Positions 39,417-50,300 of a stretch of 55,476 nucleotides of DNA are shown here, piece after piece; the first letter of the stretch is position 1, and every line of letters starts with the position of its first letter. The position numbers and the translations under genes were made by a program. The DNA comes from a virus (Duplodnaviria > Caudoviricetes). The notes under the pieces were generated by a model, which saw only the letters and a program-made list of their open reading frames with translations, was not told where the DNA came from and made no database searches. The stretch covers positions 1-55,476 of IMG/VR virus record IMGVR_UViG_3300006735_006281. One strand, given 5' to 3'.

Positions 39417-40631
39417 ATGGCATTTACAACATTAGTTGATTATTCTAGACAGTTAAGACAATTCCAAGATACAAGTGCTGAGTTTTCTGGTAATACAAAA
39501 ATTTTAGGTACTCTTGAGTTGGGGGCTGTAATTACCGATGGGGACATTGTTGGTTATCCTTATTATTCTAAATTTTATATGAGTTCTAGTACTGTCACTA
39601 CAACTCCTTATATGAGATATAGTCCAGTTACAAGGGCTTGGGAATTTACAATGCCGTATCCTAATAACAGTAGTTCTGTTTACGAAGTTAATAGAATGAA
39701 ATTTAATCTTAACGATAATGGATTAAACGGTCAGTACGGAGTGTTTTCACAACAAACAGTTTTTAGGTATAAATCCAGTGATTGGACAAATATCGAAAAT
39801 GGGGGTTATCATAATCCAGCCACTGTTATGATTATAGGTAGTGGTACTACAAGTGCTAGTACCGCATTTACAGTTTCAAATTACGACGCATCTACCGGTA
39901 TTGGGATGACTGGTTTAACTATTGACGATGGAATGAATATTAGAATTGGTGATCGAAGACCATATGCTAATGTTGACTCAAACACATGTCAAGTTTTTCT
40001 AGGTCCAGGGGGAGTGTTAAATAACGTAGAACTTTTTGATACTTTGAAAATTGGTTCCGAAGGACTTGTTGGTACAACCGCTTCCTTAAGGCACTTAAAA
40101 ATGAACATTGATTATGAATACGATAGTTCTTGGGTTTATAATCTAAAACCGGCACAATTTGAGTTTAAGAAGTTTCCAGGAAATGTACAATATGGTCTTA
40201 TAGCGGAAGATGTTAACGACATTAATCCTAATTTCGCTAAATTTAATAGTGATGGTACATTAAGAGGGGTAAAAGATGAACTATTATCTTCTGTTATTCT
40301 TAAAGAATTAATTGAGTTAAGAAAAAAAGTTGATCCGGATTTCAGAAAAGATTATGAAGAAGATAAAGTAAAAGTGATATCAAGCGACTATGATATTATT
40401 CATGATGGTACAATAATTGCTCGTGGTGGTAATGAAATTAAATTAAATATTTCTGAGTCTTTATCAGGAATAGTTAGGATTAAATCTTTGGCGAATGTTA
40501 CAGTAAGTTCTAGTAGATTAATAGATGAAAAGTGGGAAGAAATGCAATTAGAAAACGGTAGTAGTATTAGTTTATTGTGTCATGAAGAATTTATTTACAT
40601 ACTTTCTTCAGACGGAGACAAGATTAAATAA
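39417..40631 (+). CDS. Fibre/collar protein with intramolecular chaperone (peptidase S74) domain
   Basis: SLRHLK.NI...LKP..F.F...YGLIAEDV..I.P followed by a coiled coil. Confidence 0.75.
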   Translation: MAFTTLVDYSRQLRQFQDTSAEFSGNTKILGTLELGAVITDGDIVGYPYYSKFYMSSSTVTTTPYMRYSPVTRAWEFTMPYPNNSSSVYEVNRMKFNLNDNGLNGQYGVFSQQTVFRYKSSDWTNIENGGYHNPATVMIIGSGTTSASTAFTVSNYDASTGIGMTGLTIDDGMNIRIGDRRPYANVDSNTCQVFLGPGGVLNNVELFDTLKIGSEGLVGTTASLRHLKMNIDYEYDSSWVYNLKPAQFEFKKFPGNVQYGLIAEDVNDINPNFAKFNSDGTLRGVKDELLSSVILKELIELRKKVDPDFRKDYEEDKVKVISSDYDIIHDGTIIARGGNEIKLNISESLSGIVRIKSLANVTVSSSRLIDEKWEEMQLENGSSISLLCHEEFIYILSSDGDKIK

Positions 40632-42399
40632 AACTTAACTGGTCAATTAAACTCTCCACAATATCATCTTGGGAGTACTCACCCATTATAGTGTCGATAT
40701 TTTTTTGTTTACTCTTAAGTGATTTATATATAATTTCTTCAACTGTCTTATCAAAAATAGGGTAGTAAACATTAACTTTTTTATTTTGTCCAATTCTATA
40801 AGCTCTGTCTTCGGCTTGAGAGTGAGATTTTGGTACCCAATCTAAACTATTCATTATAACTACTTCTCCTTCTGTTAGAGTAATACCAACACCAGCGGAC
40901 ATTATATTACCAATAAAAACTCTTACTTTGTTGTTTGTTTGAAATGACTCAACACTTTTTTCTTTTTCTTCTAATGACATAGAACCATTATGTCTAACAG
41001 CAACTTTTTTGAATTGGTCAAATATAATTTGTTGTTCATTGTTAAAATTTGTAAAAACTATTACTTTTTTACCTTGTTCGACTAAATCTTTTATAAATGG
41101 AATTGTGTGTCTTGTTTTCTCTTCTGCTAAAAACTTTCTAAGAGTTACTAATTTAGTCATGTGTTGTGCTAAATTGGCATGACCGTGTTTAAGAGACCAG
41201 GATTTGTATTCTCCCATTATTTCTTGATATCCTGAAGCGTTTTCGAGTTGGTGATATATTGGTGATACTATTTTTGGTGGTAAATCTATAATATCTTCTT
41301 TTTTTCTCCTAAGGATACAATCTTGAGTATATTCATGAAGTTCTTGTAAATTTGAGGCCCCTTTTGTGTCCCATATTAATCTTCCTCCCTGTCCTCTAAA
41401 TCTTTTAGCATCACAATACCTTTTAACAAAATGTACCCAATCCTGACTAATTGTAGTTCTACATATTTTTAATAAGTTATAAAAATCTATAGGTCGATTT
41501 GCAACTGGGGTACCAGTCAATAACCACACTTTTTTAATTTTTTTAACAAAATCCATAACAATTTTAGTTCTTTTAGATGTTGTGTTCTTAATAGCGTGAG
41601 CTTCATCAACTATAACAAGATCAAAATCAGAATTTGTAATTACACTTTTTGTTGTTTGTGACACCCCCTTATTTTTTGTAGGTAAAAAGTGAAAGTTTTT
41701 AAGAATATCAAAATTAATTATATTCCATTTTTTTGTTTCCCCCCATTTTTTTCCATTTATAATATTAATATCTTCTTCACTATCATAGTTACCAATTTCT
41801 TTTTTCCAATTTAACTTTAAGGAAGAGGGACATACCACTAATATTCTTTTTGCCCCACTTAATTTAGCACCTATTACTGCGGATGTAGTTTTACCTAATC
41901 CCATGTCATCAGATAATATAAACCTATCGTACTCTAATAATTTTATAATAGCTTCTCTTTGATGAACCATTGGTGGACGATGTGAATACTCCTTATAATC
42001 TATTACACCTACTTCATTTTTTACCCTTTCTTTAACAATGTGTTTTTTAGGTATCCATACCATAGTTGGGGAATTTTGGTTTTTACTAAATTTAGCCATT
42101 ACATGTAAGGTATCCTTCATATTTGATAGGATTTTAACTATGTTAAATTTTAATGGGGTTTTAACTAAAAGGTGTTCTTCTTGTAGTCTTGTGGCAAAGT
42201 AATTACTGACACATATCTCTTTATCCACCTCTACAGGAATTTTTCTATAGTTATGTTGGATATACTCAATTTGTTTTTGGGTAGGTTTAATACTACTTGA
42301 ATTCTTAAATCTGGCTTTAAGAGTTAGTAAATAGTCGTTCTTACCTTCGTAAGTCTTAACTAAAGATATGTAATCTTTTATACGGTTTGGATCCAGCAT
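40624..42399 (-). CDS. SNF2-family helicase (SMARCAL1/HARP-like)
   Basis: DDMGLGKT, VCPSSLKLNW, VDEAH, LTGTP..NRP, GVGITLT, QAEDRAYRIGQ. Confidence 0.93.
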   Translation of the reverse strand: MLDPNRIKDYISLVKTYEGKNDYLLTLKARFKNSSSIKPTQKQIEYIQHNYRKIPVEVDKEICVSNYFATRLQEEHLLVKTPLKFNIVKILSNMKDTLHVMAKFSKNQNSPTMVWIPKKHIVKERVKNEVGVIDYKEYSHRPPMVHQREAIIKLLEYDRFILSDDMGLGKTTSAVIGAKLSGAKRILVVCPSSLKLNWKKEIGNYDSEEDINIINGKKWGETKKWNIINFDILKNFHFLPTKNKGVSQTTKSVITNSDFDLVIVDEAHAIKNTTSKRTKIVMDFVKKIKKVWLLTGTPVANRPIDFYNLLKICRTTISQDWVHFVKRYCDAKRFRGQGGRLIWDTKGASNLQELHEYTQDCILRRKKEDIIDLPPKIVSPIYHQLENASGYQEIMGEYKSWSLKHGHANLAQHMTKLVTLRKFLAEEKTRHTIPFIKDLVEQGKKVIVFTNFNNEQQIIFDQFKKVAVRHNGSMSLEEKEKSVESFQTNNKVRVFIGNIMSAGVGITLTEGEVVIMNSLDWVPKSHSQAEDRAYRIGQNKKVNVYYPIFDKTVEEIIYKSLKSKQKNIDTIMGEYSQDDIVESLIDQLSFI

Positions 42400-42493
42400 G
42401 CATTAATTATATTATATTGATCAATTAAATAATTATTAGTTATTAATAGTTATTAGTGGCGTGCTTAATGCTAAAGATTAATTATAACTAAGT

Positions 42494-42507
42494 CAAGAGT
42501 ATTTATA
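42494..42507 (+). promoter_or_regulatory. Putative late promoter box TATTTAT(A), representative copy
   Basis: CAAGAGTATTTAT is identical at 44421-44433. Core also at 25316, 29262, 35758, 38263, 51613, 53255 (+) and 3439-45, 7020-27, 44350-57 (-), each upstream of a gene start. Confidence 0.7.
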
Positions 42508-42511
42508 GTAT

Positions 42512-43045
42512 ATGGAAAATAAACAAAACCAGCAGACTAAAGTACCTATTACCAGATTAAATAAATTCTTTGATGATCAAGATTTTGATTTAGAAGTTGA
42601 TTTTGGTAGGGAATATATGGAGGGAGACCTTCATATGTCCGTTGTATTATTTAGTATAGACATTGAAGAAACAGATACTGATGATGTCTACAAAGAAGTT
42701 AATGCAGAGAATGTTAGATTTTTTCCACCTGTAGAATTATTAGTTAATTTAGAATTAGCGGTCGGTGAAAATGCAACTTATAACCCTAATGGGTCATTAA
42801 GATATAGAGATTTTGGTAATTTAACATTTAATGTATATGAAAAACAATTACAAGAAAAAGAAGTTGATATTAAATATGGTGATTATATTGGATATCGATA
42901 TACTGAAAGTGATATGAAGTTTTGGGTTGTTGTTAATGATGGTAAAATTAATGCGGACAATGAACATACTATATTTGGTTATAAAGGAGCGGTTAGAACA
43001 ATTGAATGTACTGTTGCCGACCCTAATGAATTTACAGCAATTTAA
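42512..43045 (+). CDS. Head-closure/neck protein, T4 gp14-like
   Basis: DDVYKE...F.PPVE...GD pattern; position in the neck/tail module. Confidence 0.6.
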   Translation: MENKQNQQTKVPITRLNKFFDDQDFDLEVDFGREYMEGDLHMSVVLFSIDIEETDTDDVYKEVNAENVRFFPPVELLVNLELAVGENATYNPNGSLRYRDFGNLTFNVYEKQLQEKEVDIKYGDYIGYRYTESDMKFWVVVNDGKINADNEHTIFGYKGAVRTIECTVADPNEFTAI

Positions 43046-43047
43046 TA

Positions 43048-44178
43048 ATGGGAATACCTAAGAAATTTTTGAAAAACGTAAAACTAAAGGAACGAGCTCG
43101 TAATCACGAGAGGAGATTAGAATTATGGGAAGAAGGATGGAATGCTAGTGGTACTTTTGTACCTAAAGGTGTTTTATATGAAGATATGGATAGGGATTTT
43201 ATTAAATTCGTGGAAGAAGACCTAATTTTAACTTTAGATGGTAAAAGAGTTCCTGTATTTTTTTTAACAATACAAAGATGGGCTGAATTTGCAAGAACGT
43301 GGCAATTTACAGATAAGGATAGAAATGTACAAATTCCATTTGTTACGATAGTTAGACAACCAGACATACAATTTGGAACAAATCCAGTTACTCAATATAC
43401 AATACCACAAAAACAAAGATTTGACTATATGAAAGTTCCCAACTACGATGGTGACTCAGTAGGTGTTGATGTTTATAAAATTCCCCAACCTATAGCTGTT
43501 AATCTAACATATGAAGTTAGATTCTTTTCGTATAGAATGAGAGAGATAAACAAATTTAATAAAATTGTAATGCAAGCTTTCCAGTCAAGACAAAAATACA
43601 TTAATTGTAACGGACACTATTTTCCAATTATATTAGAAAGTATTGGAGATGAAAGTACAATAGATCAGTTTGAACAAAAAAGATTCTATGTCCAAAGTTT
43701 TGAAATGCAACTATTAGGTTATATTATGGATGAAGATGATTATGAAGTTACACCGGCTATTAAAAGAGTTGTTACTTTATTTGAAACAGAACCACAAGTA
43801 GTACCTAGTCTTAATGTAACAGACGGATTAGATTCTGGAAGAAATACAGAAGAATATGACATAACAATGTTTTGGGAAGTTGGTATGTCAGACAATTTCC
43901 CTGGTATAACCACACTATCAAATCCAGTTAAAGTAACAAGTAGTGCTTTACTTACCACAGCCACTCTTCAAAATGTCAGAGATTGTGAAACGATAAATAG
44001 TGATTGTAGTGCTCATAGTCCTAAAATTTACATTAGTACGGATAATGGGGTTAGTTTTATGGGTCAACCATTACCAATACAAGTATTACCAGATTATCTA
44101 CTTTATTTTAATGGATTAGTAATAGATGAAGAACAGGACGCTAGTGTAACTCTACGTGGTTACATAAATAAAATCTAA
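43048..44178 (+). CDS. Tail terminator / sheath stabiliser, T4 gp15-like
   Basis: VPV...QRWA...IPFVTI.R...PQPIAVNLTYEV; lies before the sheath genes. Confidence 0.65.
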   Translation: MGIPKKFLKNVKLKERARNHERRLELWEEGWNASGTFVPKGVLYEDMDRDFIKFVEEDLILTLDGKRVPVFFLTIQRWAEFARTWQFTDKDRNVQIPFVTIVRQPDIQFGTNPVTQYTIPQKQRFDYMKVPNYDGDSVGVDVYKIPQPIAVNLTYEVRFFSYRMREINKFNKIVMQAFQSRQKYINCNGHYFPIILESIGDESTIDQFEQKRFYVQSFEMQLLGYIMDEDDYEVTPAIKRVVTLFETEPQVVPSLNVTDGLDSGRNTEEYDITMFWEVGMSDNFPGITTLSNPVKVTSSALLTTATLQNVRDCETINSDCSAHSPKIYISTDNGVSFMGQPLPIQVLPDYLLYFNGLVIDEEQDASVTLRGYINKI

Positions 44179-44348
44179 TCATCATATAAGTCATCTTTTT
44201 TATTGTAACGAATATTAGAACAAGTTTGTCTAATTAACTTTTCTACAAAGGCAAACATTTTTAGACCATTCTTTTCACAATAACTTTTTAATATAGAATG
44301 AGTCTTAGTGTCGATTTTAAGGTTTTTATTACGTTTTAGTTTATCCAT
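44175..44348 (-). CDS. 57-aa ribbon-helix-helix DNA-binding protein (missing from ORF track)
   Basis: MDKLKRNKNLKIDTKTHSILKSYCEKNGLKMFAFVEKLIRQTCSNIRYNKKDDLYDD: strand KNLKI, helix, NG turn, helix. Confidence 0.75.
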   Translation of the reverse strand: MDKLKRNKNLKIDTKTHSILKSYCEKNGLKMFAFVEKLIRQTCSNIRYNKKDDLYDD

Positions 44349-44357
44349 ATATAAATA

Positions 44358-44388
44358 AGTATGAAAAAAGTATGATTCTTTTCATACT
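44358..44388. promoter_or_regulatory. Candidate RHH operator
   Basis: AGTATGAAAA (44358-67) and TTTTCATACT (44379-88) form a perfect inverted repeat, with an internal AGTATGA copy at 44369-75. Confidence 0.55.
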
Positions 44389-44477
44389 AGACATAAAAAC
44401 CCTTCGTACTTTGCTAAAAGCAAGAGTATTTATTATAAAACCAAAGAATAATAAAAAATTATAAAAAAGAGTAAAAC

Positions 44478-47309
44478 ATGGCAAATCAAGTAGTAGTATC
44501 ACCAGGAGTTTATACATCAGAGAAGGACCTTTCGTTTGTTGCTTCTAGTGTTGGTATAACACGTTTAGGTATGGCGGGTGAAACATATAGAGGACCTGCG
44601 AACCAACCAATATTCGTAGGAGACTATGATACATATAAAACATATTTTGGACCACAAAAAACAGAACAATATTGTTTATCACAACCTTGTGCAGCGGGTT
44701 CAACAAAACACCCAAGATATGAAGCAACATATATAGCTAGAGCTTATTTAAGTGAGTCAAATAATTTATGGACTACACGTATATTAGGTAGTACAGGTTA
44801 TGATGCAACAGAGGGTTTAGTAATTAATTTAGGTATTGGTACAACTAATACTGGTGCGGCAGGACAACAAGTACAGTCAACAAGAAGACTGTCAGCAACA
44901 ACGGCTTGTGTAATTAGAGCTAGAAAATATTACGGGGCGTCAACATTCAATCAACCAAATATTCATATTGGTGTAGTACCAACACAAGGTTTTGACACTT
45001 ACGCTAATAACGCAGCTTCACCTACATACGCAGCTAATGGATTTATGATTGGTGGTAGTGGTACGGCAGGAGCATTAATCGCAGGAGGTGCGTGGGCAAA
45101 TGCAACAGGAGACTTTACAATCGCAGCTAAAAGACAAGCTTTCGCAGGTGTAGGTGCAGCAGACGATAGATACTTAGTTAGTTTTAACCCAAATAGTAAT
45201 AACTATATTACAAAAGTTCTTGGAACTAATCCTTACTATGACCAAAACAACCCAGACCAAAGACTTTACGTTGAACAAATTTATATTAACGCAGTTAAAC
45301 AAATGGGTAAAGAATGGGGTGGTTCAGCGGCTAACAACTATTTAGATGTTATTGAAGATATGTCGTTCTTTAATCTACAAACTACTTGGAAAAACTATAC
45401 GGACACTTGGCAACCAACAGCAACACCAGATGGACCACAAACTCCGTGGATTTATTCTGAGGTTAGAGGTACTGAAATAGTTAAATTATTTAGACTTATT
45501 CTAATATCAGATGGTGATACAGCTAACGACTTCTTAAAATTCTCAATTCTTAACATAGACATTGATAATAAAACATTTGATATTGCGATTAGAGCTTATG
45601 GAGATTCTGACGCTAAACAAGTGATATACGAACAATATAAAAATATAAGTCTTAACCCTATCAGTCAAAATTATATAGGTAAGAAAATTGGTACATTAAA
45701 CGGAGAGTACGCATTAAGATCACGTTATATAATGGTTGATATTGATGAAAATTGTCCAGTAGATGCAGTACCTGCGGGTTATGAAGGATATCCAACAACA
45801 AATTCTTCAGGTAACTTTGGTAACTTAAGTGGAAGAACTCAATCTCAAGGAACAGGTGCGGCTGACGGATTAGCACTTCACTCAAGAGTAGAACCTTTTG
45901 CTTATTATAATGTTTCTTATGATTTAGTTGCTGATAATATCAGAAAGACTTATCTAGGTTTAGGAAGTAAAATGGGTTGGGACCAAGATATGTTCGATTA
46001 TCATGGGTGTGCGACTAACGGTACAAACTCAGGTGGAGACAGAACATTATGTGCGGCGGCTTGGTCAGGTAAAACTTATGGTTTCCATATGGATACTAGA
46101 GCTTCTGGTAGCACATTCTTACAAAATACAAATGCTGGAGATTACAGAGTATGGTTCTCAGGTTCTGTTGGAACTTTCCCATTCTATGCAACTTCATCAC
46201 AATATACTGTAAACGGATATTACGGACCTAATAGTTCAAATTCCGCAACATCAGCTAAAAATGTTTACTATAATAAAAAATATAGAAAATTCACTGTATT
46301 CCCTTATGGGGGACATGATGGATGGGAACCATATAGATCAGTACGTAGTAATACGGATTTATGGAAAGAAAACGCAACTTATTACACTGCGGGATACGGT
46401 TCAGGAGCAACAGCAGTAGCGGCTTCAGGAGACTTCCAGTTTAATAAAACTTCTGATTGGTACGCTTTCCAAACAGCTATTCATAAATTTGCTAATCCAG
46501 AAGAAACTGATATAAATCTATTTGCAAGCCCAGGTATTGATTATACTAATAACTTAACTTTAGTTAACGATACTATTGAAATGGTTGAAGATGATAGAGC
46601 AGATTCTTTATATATTGTTACATCACAAAACTATAAAGACCAAGGAGTTGAAAATGCAGTTGACGCTTTAGATGACGCAGACATTAATAGTAATTATGTG
46701 GCAACATATTGGCCTTGGATACAATACAATGATACAGAAAATAACGTTAGACTATATTTACCACCAACTTGTGAAGTATTAAGAAATATGGCAATTACTG
46801 ATAATGTTGCTTTCCCATGGTTTGCGACAGCAGGTTATAACAGAGGAATTGTTAAGGCTAACAAGGTAAGAAAAAATCTGACACAAGATGATAGAGATGA
46901 TTTATATGAAGCTAGGATTAATCCAATTGCAACATTTACAGCAACAGGACCTGTTATTTGGGGTAATAAGACCTTACAAACAGCAATGTCTGCACTTGAT
47001 AGAATTAATGTTAGAAGATTACTTCTTAGAGCAAGAAAATTAGTATCAGCAGTTGCGGTTAGATTAATATTTGAACAAAATGACGAAATAGTAAGACAAG
47101 AATTCTTAAGTTTAGTTAATCCGATTCTTGAAGATATCAGAAGAGATAGAGGTTTAACAGACTTTAAGGTGGTTCTTTCTAACGACCCAGAAGAAATTGA
47201 TCAAAACAAGTTGACAGGTAAGATTTTTATTAAACCAACTCGTTCATTAGAGTTTATTGAAATAGAATTTAATATTACACCTACCGCTACAAGTTTTGAT
47301 GATATATAA
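44478..47309 (+). CDS. gp18: Contractile tail sheath protein 1 (gp18-like)
   Basis: SPGVYTSEKDLS, TYWPW, PWFATAGYNRG, RDDLYEARINPI, WGNKTL, LDRINVRRLL, FEQND, IKPTRSLEFI. Confidence 0.95.
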   Translation: MANQVVVSPGVYTSEKDLSFVASSVGITRLGMAGETYRGPANQPIFVGDYDTYKTYFGPQKTEQYCLSQPCAAGSTKHPRYEATYIARAYLSESNNLWTTRILGSTGYDATEGLVINLGIGTTNTGAAGQQVQSTRRLSATTACVIRARKYYGASTFNQPNIHIGVVPTQGFDTYANNAASPTYAANGFMIGGSGTAGALIAGGAWANATGDFTIAAKRQAFAGVGAADDRYLVSFNPNSNNYITKVLGTNPYYDQNNPDQRLYVEQIYINAVKQMGKEWGGSAANNYLDVIEDMSFFNLQTTWKNYTDTWQPTATPDGPQTPWIYSEVRGTEIVKLFRLILISDGDTANDFLKFSILNIDIDNKTFDIAIRAYGDSDAKQVIYEQYKNISLNPISQNYIGKKIGTLNGEYALRSRYIMVDIDENCPVDAVPAGYEGYPTTNSSGNFGNLSGRTQSQGTGAADGLALHSRVEPFAYYNVSYDLVADNIRKTYLGLGSKMGWDQDMFDYHGCATNGTNSGGDRTLCAAAWSGKTYGFHMDTRASGSTFLQNTNAGDYRVWFSGSVGTFPFYATSSQYTVNGYYGPNSSNSATSAKNVYYNKKYRKFTVFPYGGHDGWEPYRSVRSNTDLWKENATYYTAGYGSGATAVAASGDFQFNKTSDWYAFQTAIHKFANPEETDINLFASPGIDYTNNLTLVNDTIEMVEDDRADSLYIVTSQNYKDQGVENAVDALDDADINSNYVATYWPWIQYNDTENNVRLYLPPTCEVLRNMAITDNVAFPWFATAGYNRGIVKANKVRKNLTQDDRDDLYEARINPIATFTATGPVIWGNKTLQTAMSALDRINVRRLLLRARKLVSAVAVRLIFEQNDEIVRQEFLSLVNPILEDIRRDRGLTDFKVVLSNDPEEIDQNKLTGKIFIKPTRSLEFIEIEFNITPTATSFDDI

Positions 47310-47333
47310 CATAGATTAAAACTTTTAATATAA

Positions 47334-50300
47334 ATGGCGAATCAAGTTTCATTGTCTCCAGGAGTATATATTTCTGAAAGAGAACTTACATTTAGTACAC
47401 CAACTGTAGGAGCTACAACTTTAGCTACTGTGGGTGAGACCTTAAGAGGTCCGGCTCAACAACCTATTTTTGTACAATCATATGATGAATATAAAACCTA
47501 TTTTGGTGGACTAGACACAACAATCTTTTCAGGGACATCAATCCCAAAATACGAACAATCTTATATTGCTAAAGGATTCCTAAGTGAATCCAACTCCCTA
47601 TTTGCGGTTAGACCTTTAGGTTACGCCGGATATAACGCAGGTAACGCTTGGAACCTAATTGTAAGTTATGTACCAAATTATGATAATGTAATGAGGGCAT
47701 ATGGAGGTGGATGTACGGCTGGACAATGTGGTGAAGTAAGTGCCAATCAATTTGGGGGAACAGGAATACCAATGTTAGATCCAGATGGTAATGCAATAAG
47801 TTCAACAGTACCATCAATATATGCAGGGGCTGGACCAGCCGCTCAACCAGGTATGTTAAGTGGAGGAACTTGGGGTTATTTAATGTCTGATAACAATGAA
47901 GGATATGTAAATGGGGCACAATTTACAAATGCAGATGCGGCAGGTGCCGGTCAAGGATATATGTTCGATTATCCTTCATCACAATCAATGATGATAATTT
48001 ATTCTGCTGACACTTATGGTGGACCAGGAAGAATGGTTTTAACTGGTAGTACTGGAGGTAACTGGCACACACAAGGAGGTAAACCTTGGGTATCAGGTAT
48101 ATTACCTTACCCAATGAATTTAATGAGTGGACAAACATTTGTTATCACATCAAATGAATCTACAGGAGGTGCTAGAAGTATTGCAGGTACATTACAAACA
48201 AATGGTCAAAATGGTTTTGAAGTACCAAGAGTTATGTCTCAAACAAATGCAACAACTTACCCGAATATTAATTGGGGACCAGCAGTTTCTGTATATGACC
48301 CAGCAGATACTTCAGAATCACCTTTATCACCAACTAAATTAATACATGCGGGAGATGACGGAACCAGAGACATACAACCAATAGGTTACCCAGCTACAGG
48401 ATACACAGTAGAATTTAACTGGAAATTTGGTAATCATATTGGATACCATACTGGGGGTACTACAGGTTGGACTGCACAAACCTCTGGTACAGTTTACACT
48501 TGGAGTGGAAAAACTCAAGAAATGGTAGTTGCCACATTAAGAAGTAGAGGAAAATATGCAGGAGATGTATTCTCTGCAAATGTTGCGGGAGATCTAAATC
48601 CTCCAGGTGTTACAGATTTCCAATCACCTTCATTTGGTGTTAGAAATACTGTATGTGACGGTACTGTGGCTACATGTCCGGAACCAAGAATTGTTGATAT
48701 TAATACAACTAACTATAAACAAGATTTTTATCTTTCTGGTTATACTAACACAACAGGGGGTAATTTTAATTATGAAGTTAATTTAGACGCCAATTCACAA
48801 AAATATATAACAAAAGTTTTAGGTACCAAAAAATTTGATAAAAACACTCATATGTGGGTGGAAGAAAATTATCCTAATACTTTAAGCCAATTAGCAGCGT
48901 CTGCTGTTACGGTTTCTAATCTTAGATTTGGACAGGTAGGTAGTAATATATCAGCAGGGGCATCCTTTTCAGATTATACTGAAGATTGGCAACCATTAGG
49001 TGCAGTTGAGGGACCAGCTACACCTTATATTGTTTCAGAAATAAGAGGTGAAAATATATTTAGATTATTTAGATGTATTTTAATAGCTGATGGAAACACA
49101 GCAAATAACTCAGTTAAAATATCAATCCAAGATATTGATGTTAATAATAAAACTTTTACATTAACAGTAAGAGAATTTTCTGACACAGATACAAATCAAA
49201 GAATAATAGAAGCTTATACCCAATGTACCCTTAATCCAGAAAGTCAAAATTATATAGGTAAGAAAATTGGTACAGAAAACGGAGAATATGCGGTTAGGTC
49301 AAAATACATAATGTTAGAGTTTGATGAAAACTGTCCATTAGATGCTTTACCAGCAGGGTTTGAAGGTTATTTAATTAGAAATTACAGTGGGTCTACATAT
49401 GCAGACACTACATATATGAATCCACCACTAGAGGCAACTATAACAGAACCATCTGGTTGGTATGGTAATATTGCAGCTAAACCATTTTATAACTTAAAAT
49501 ATGATATTGTTGCGGATGATATAAAAAAGACATATTTAGGATGGTCCTCAAAAACAGGTATTGACCAAGACTATGTGGACTATAAAGGTTTGAATGGTAC
49601 TTTAACACAAACATCACCATATAAATGTAGTGCAAACGGTACGTTATGGACCGGTAAAACAAAAGGTTTCCACTTTGATAAAAGAGTTTCAGGTTTAACA
49701 TCTAGTGATGTCGTACAATACAATGTAGGTTCTTATAATTTCTATACTAGTGGAAATACACTACTTGGAGATGTTGGTAATTATTATACAAATAAAGATT
49801 ATCTTAAGTTTACAGTATTACCTTATGGAGGACATGATGGATGGGACGAATACAGAATAACTAGAACCAACAGTGATTTATATGTAATAGGTAAAACAAA
49901 TTATAATACATTTTGGTATAACCAAAGTTTCACCAATATAAGTTGTGAGGTCACAGATTACTATGCTTATTTTGATGCAATGAGAAAGTTATCTAATCCT
50001 GAGGAAACACCTAGTAGTTTATTTACTACTCCAGGTATTGATTATACCAATAACTTAACTCTAGTCAATAAAGCTATTCAAATGATAGAAAATGATAAAG
50101 GAGACTCACTTTATGTAGTAACCTCATCTAACCCAGCTAATCAAACTGTTGACGGGGCAATAACAAATTTAGAAAATGCAGCGTTAAGTAGTAATTATGT
50201 AGCAACATATTGGCCTTGGACTAGATATAAAGATACTGAGAATAATGTTAGACTTTATATGCCACCAACAACAGATGTGGTAAGAAATATGGCAAGAACA

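Noticed and set aside
42400-42460. Short TTATTA(G) repeats upstream of the helicase as origin iterons
   Set aside because: Low-complexity AT-rich sequence with too few copies to support.
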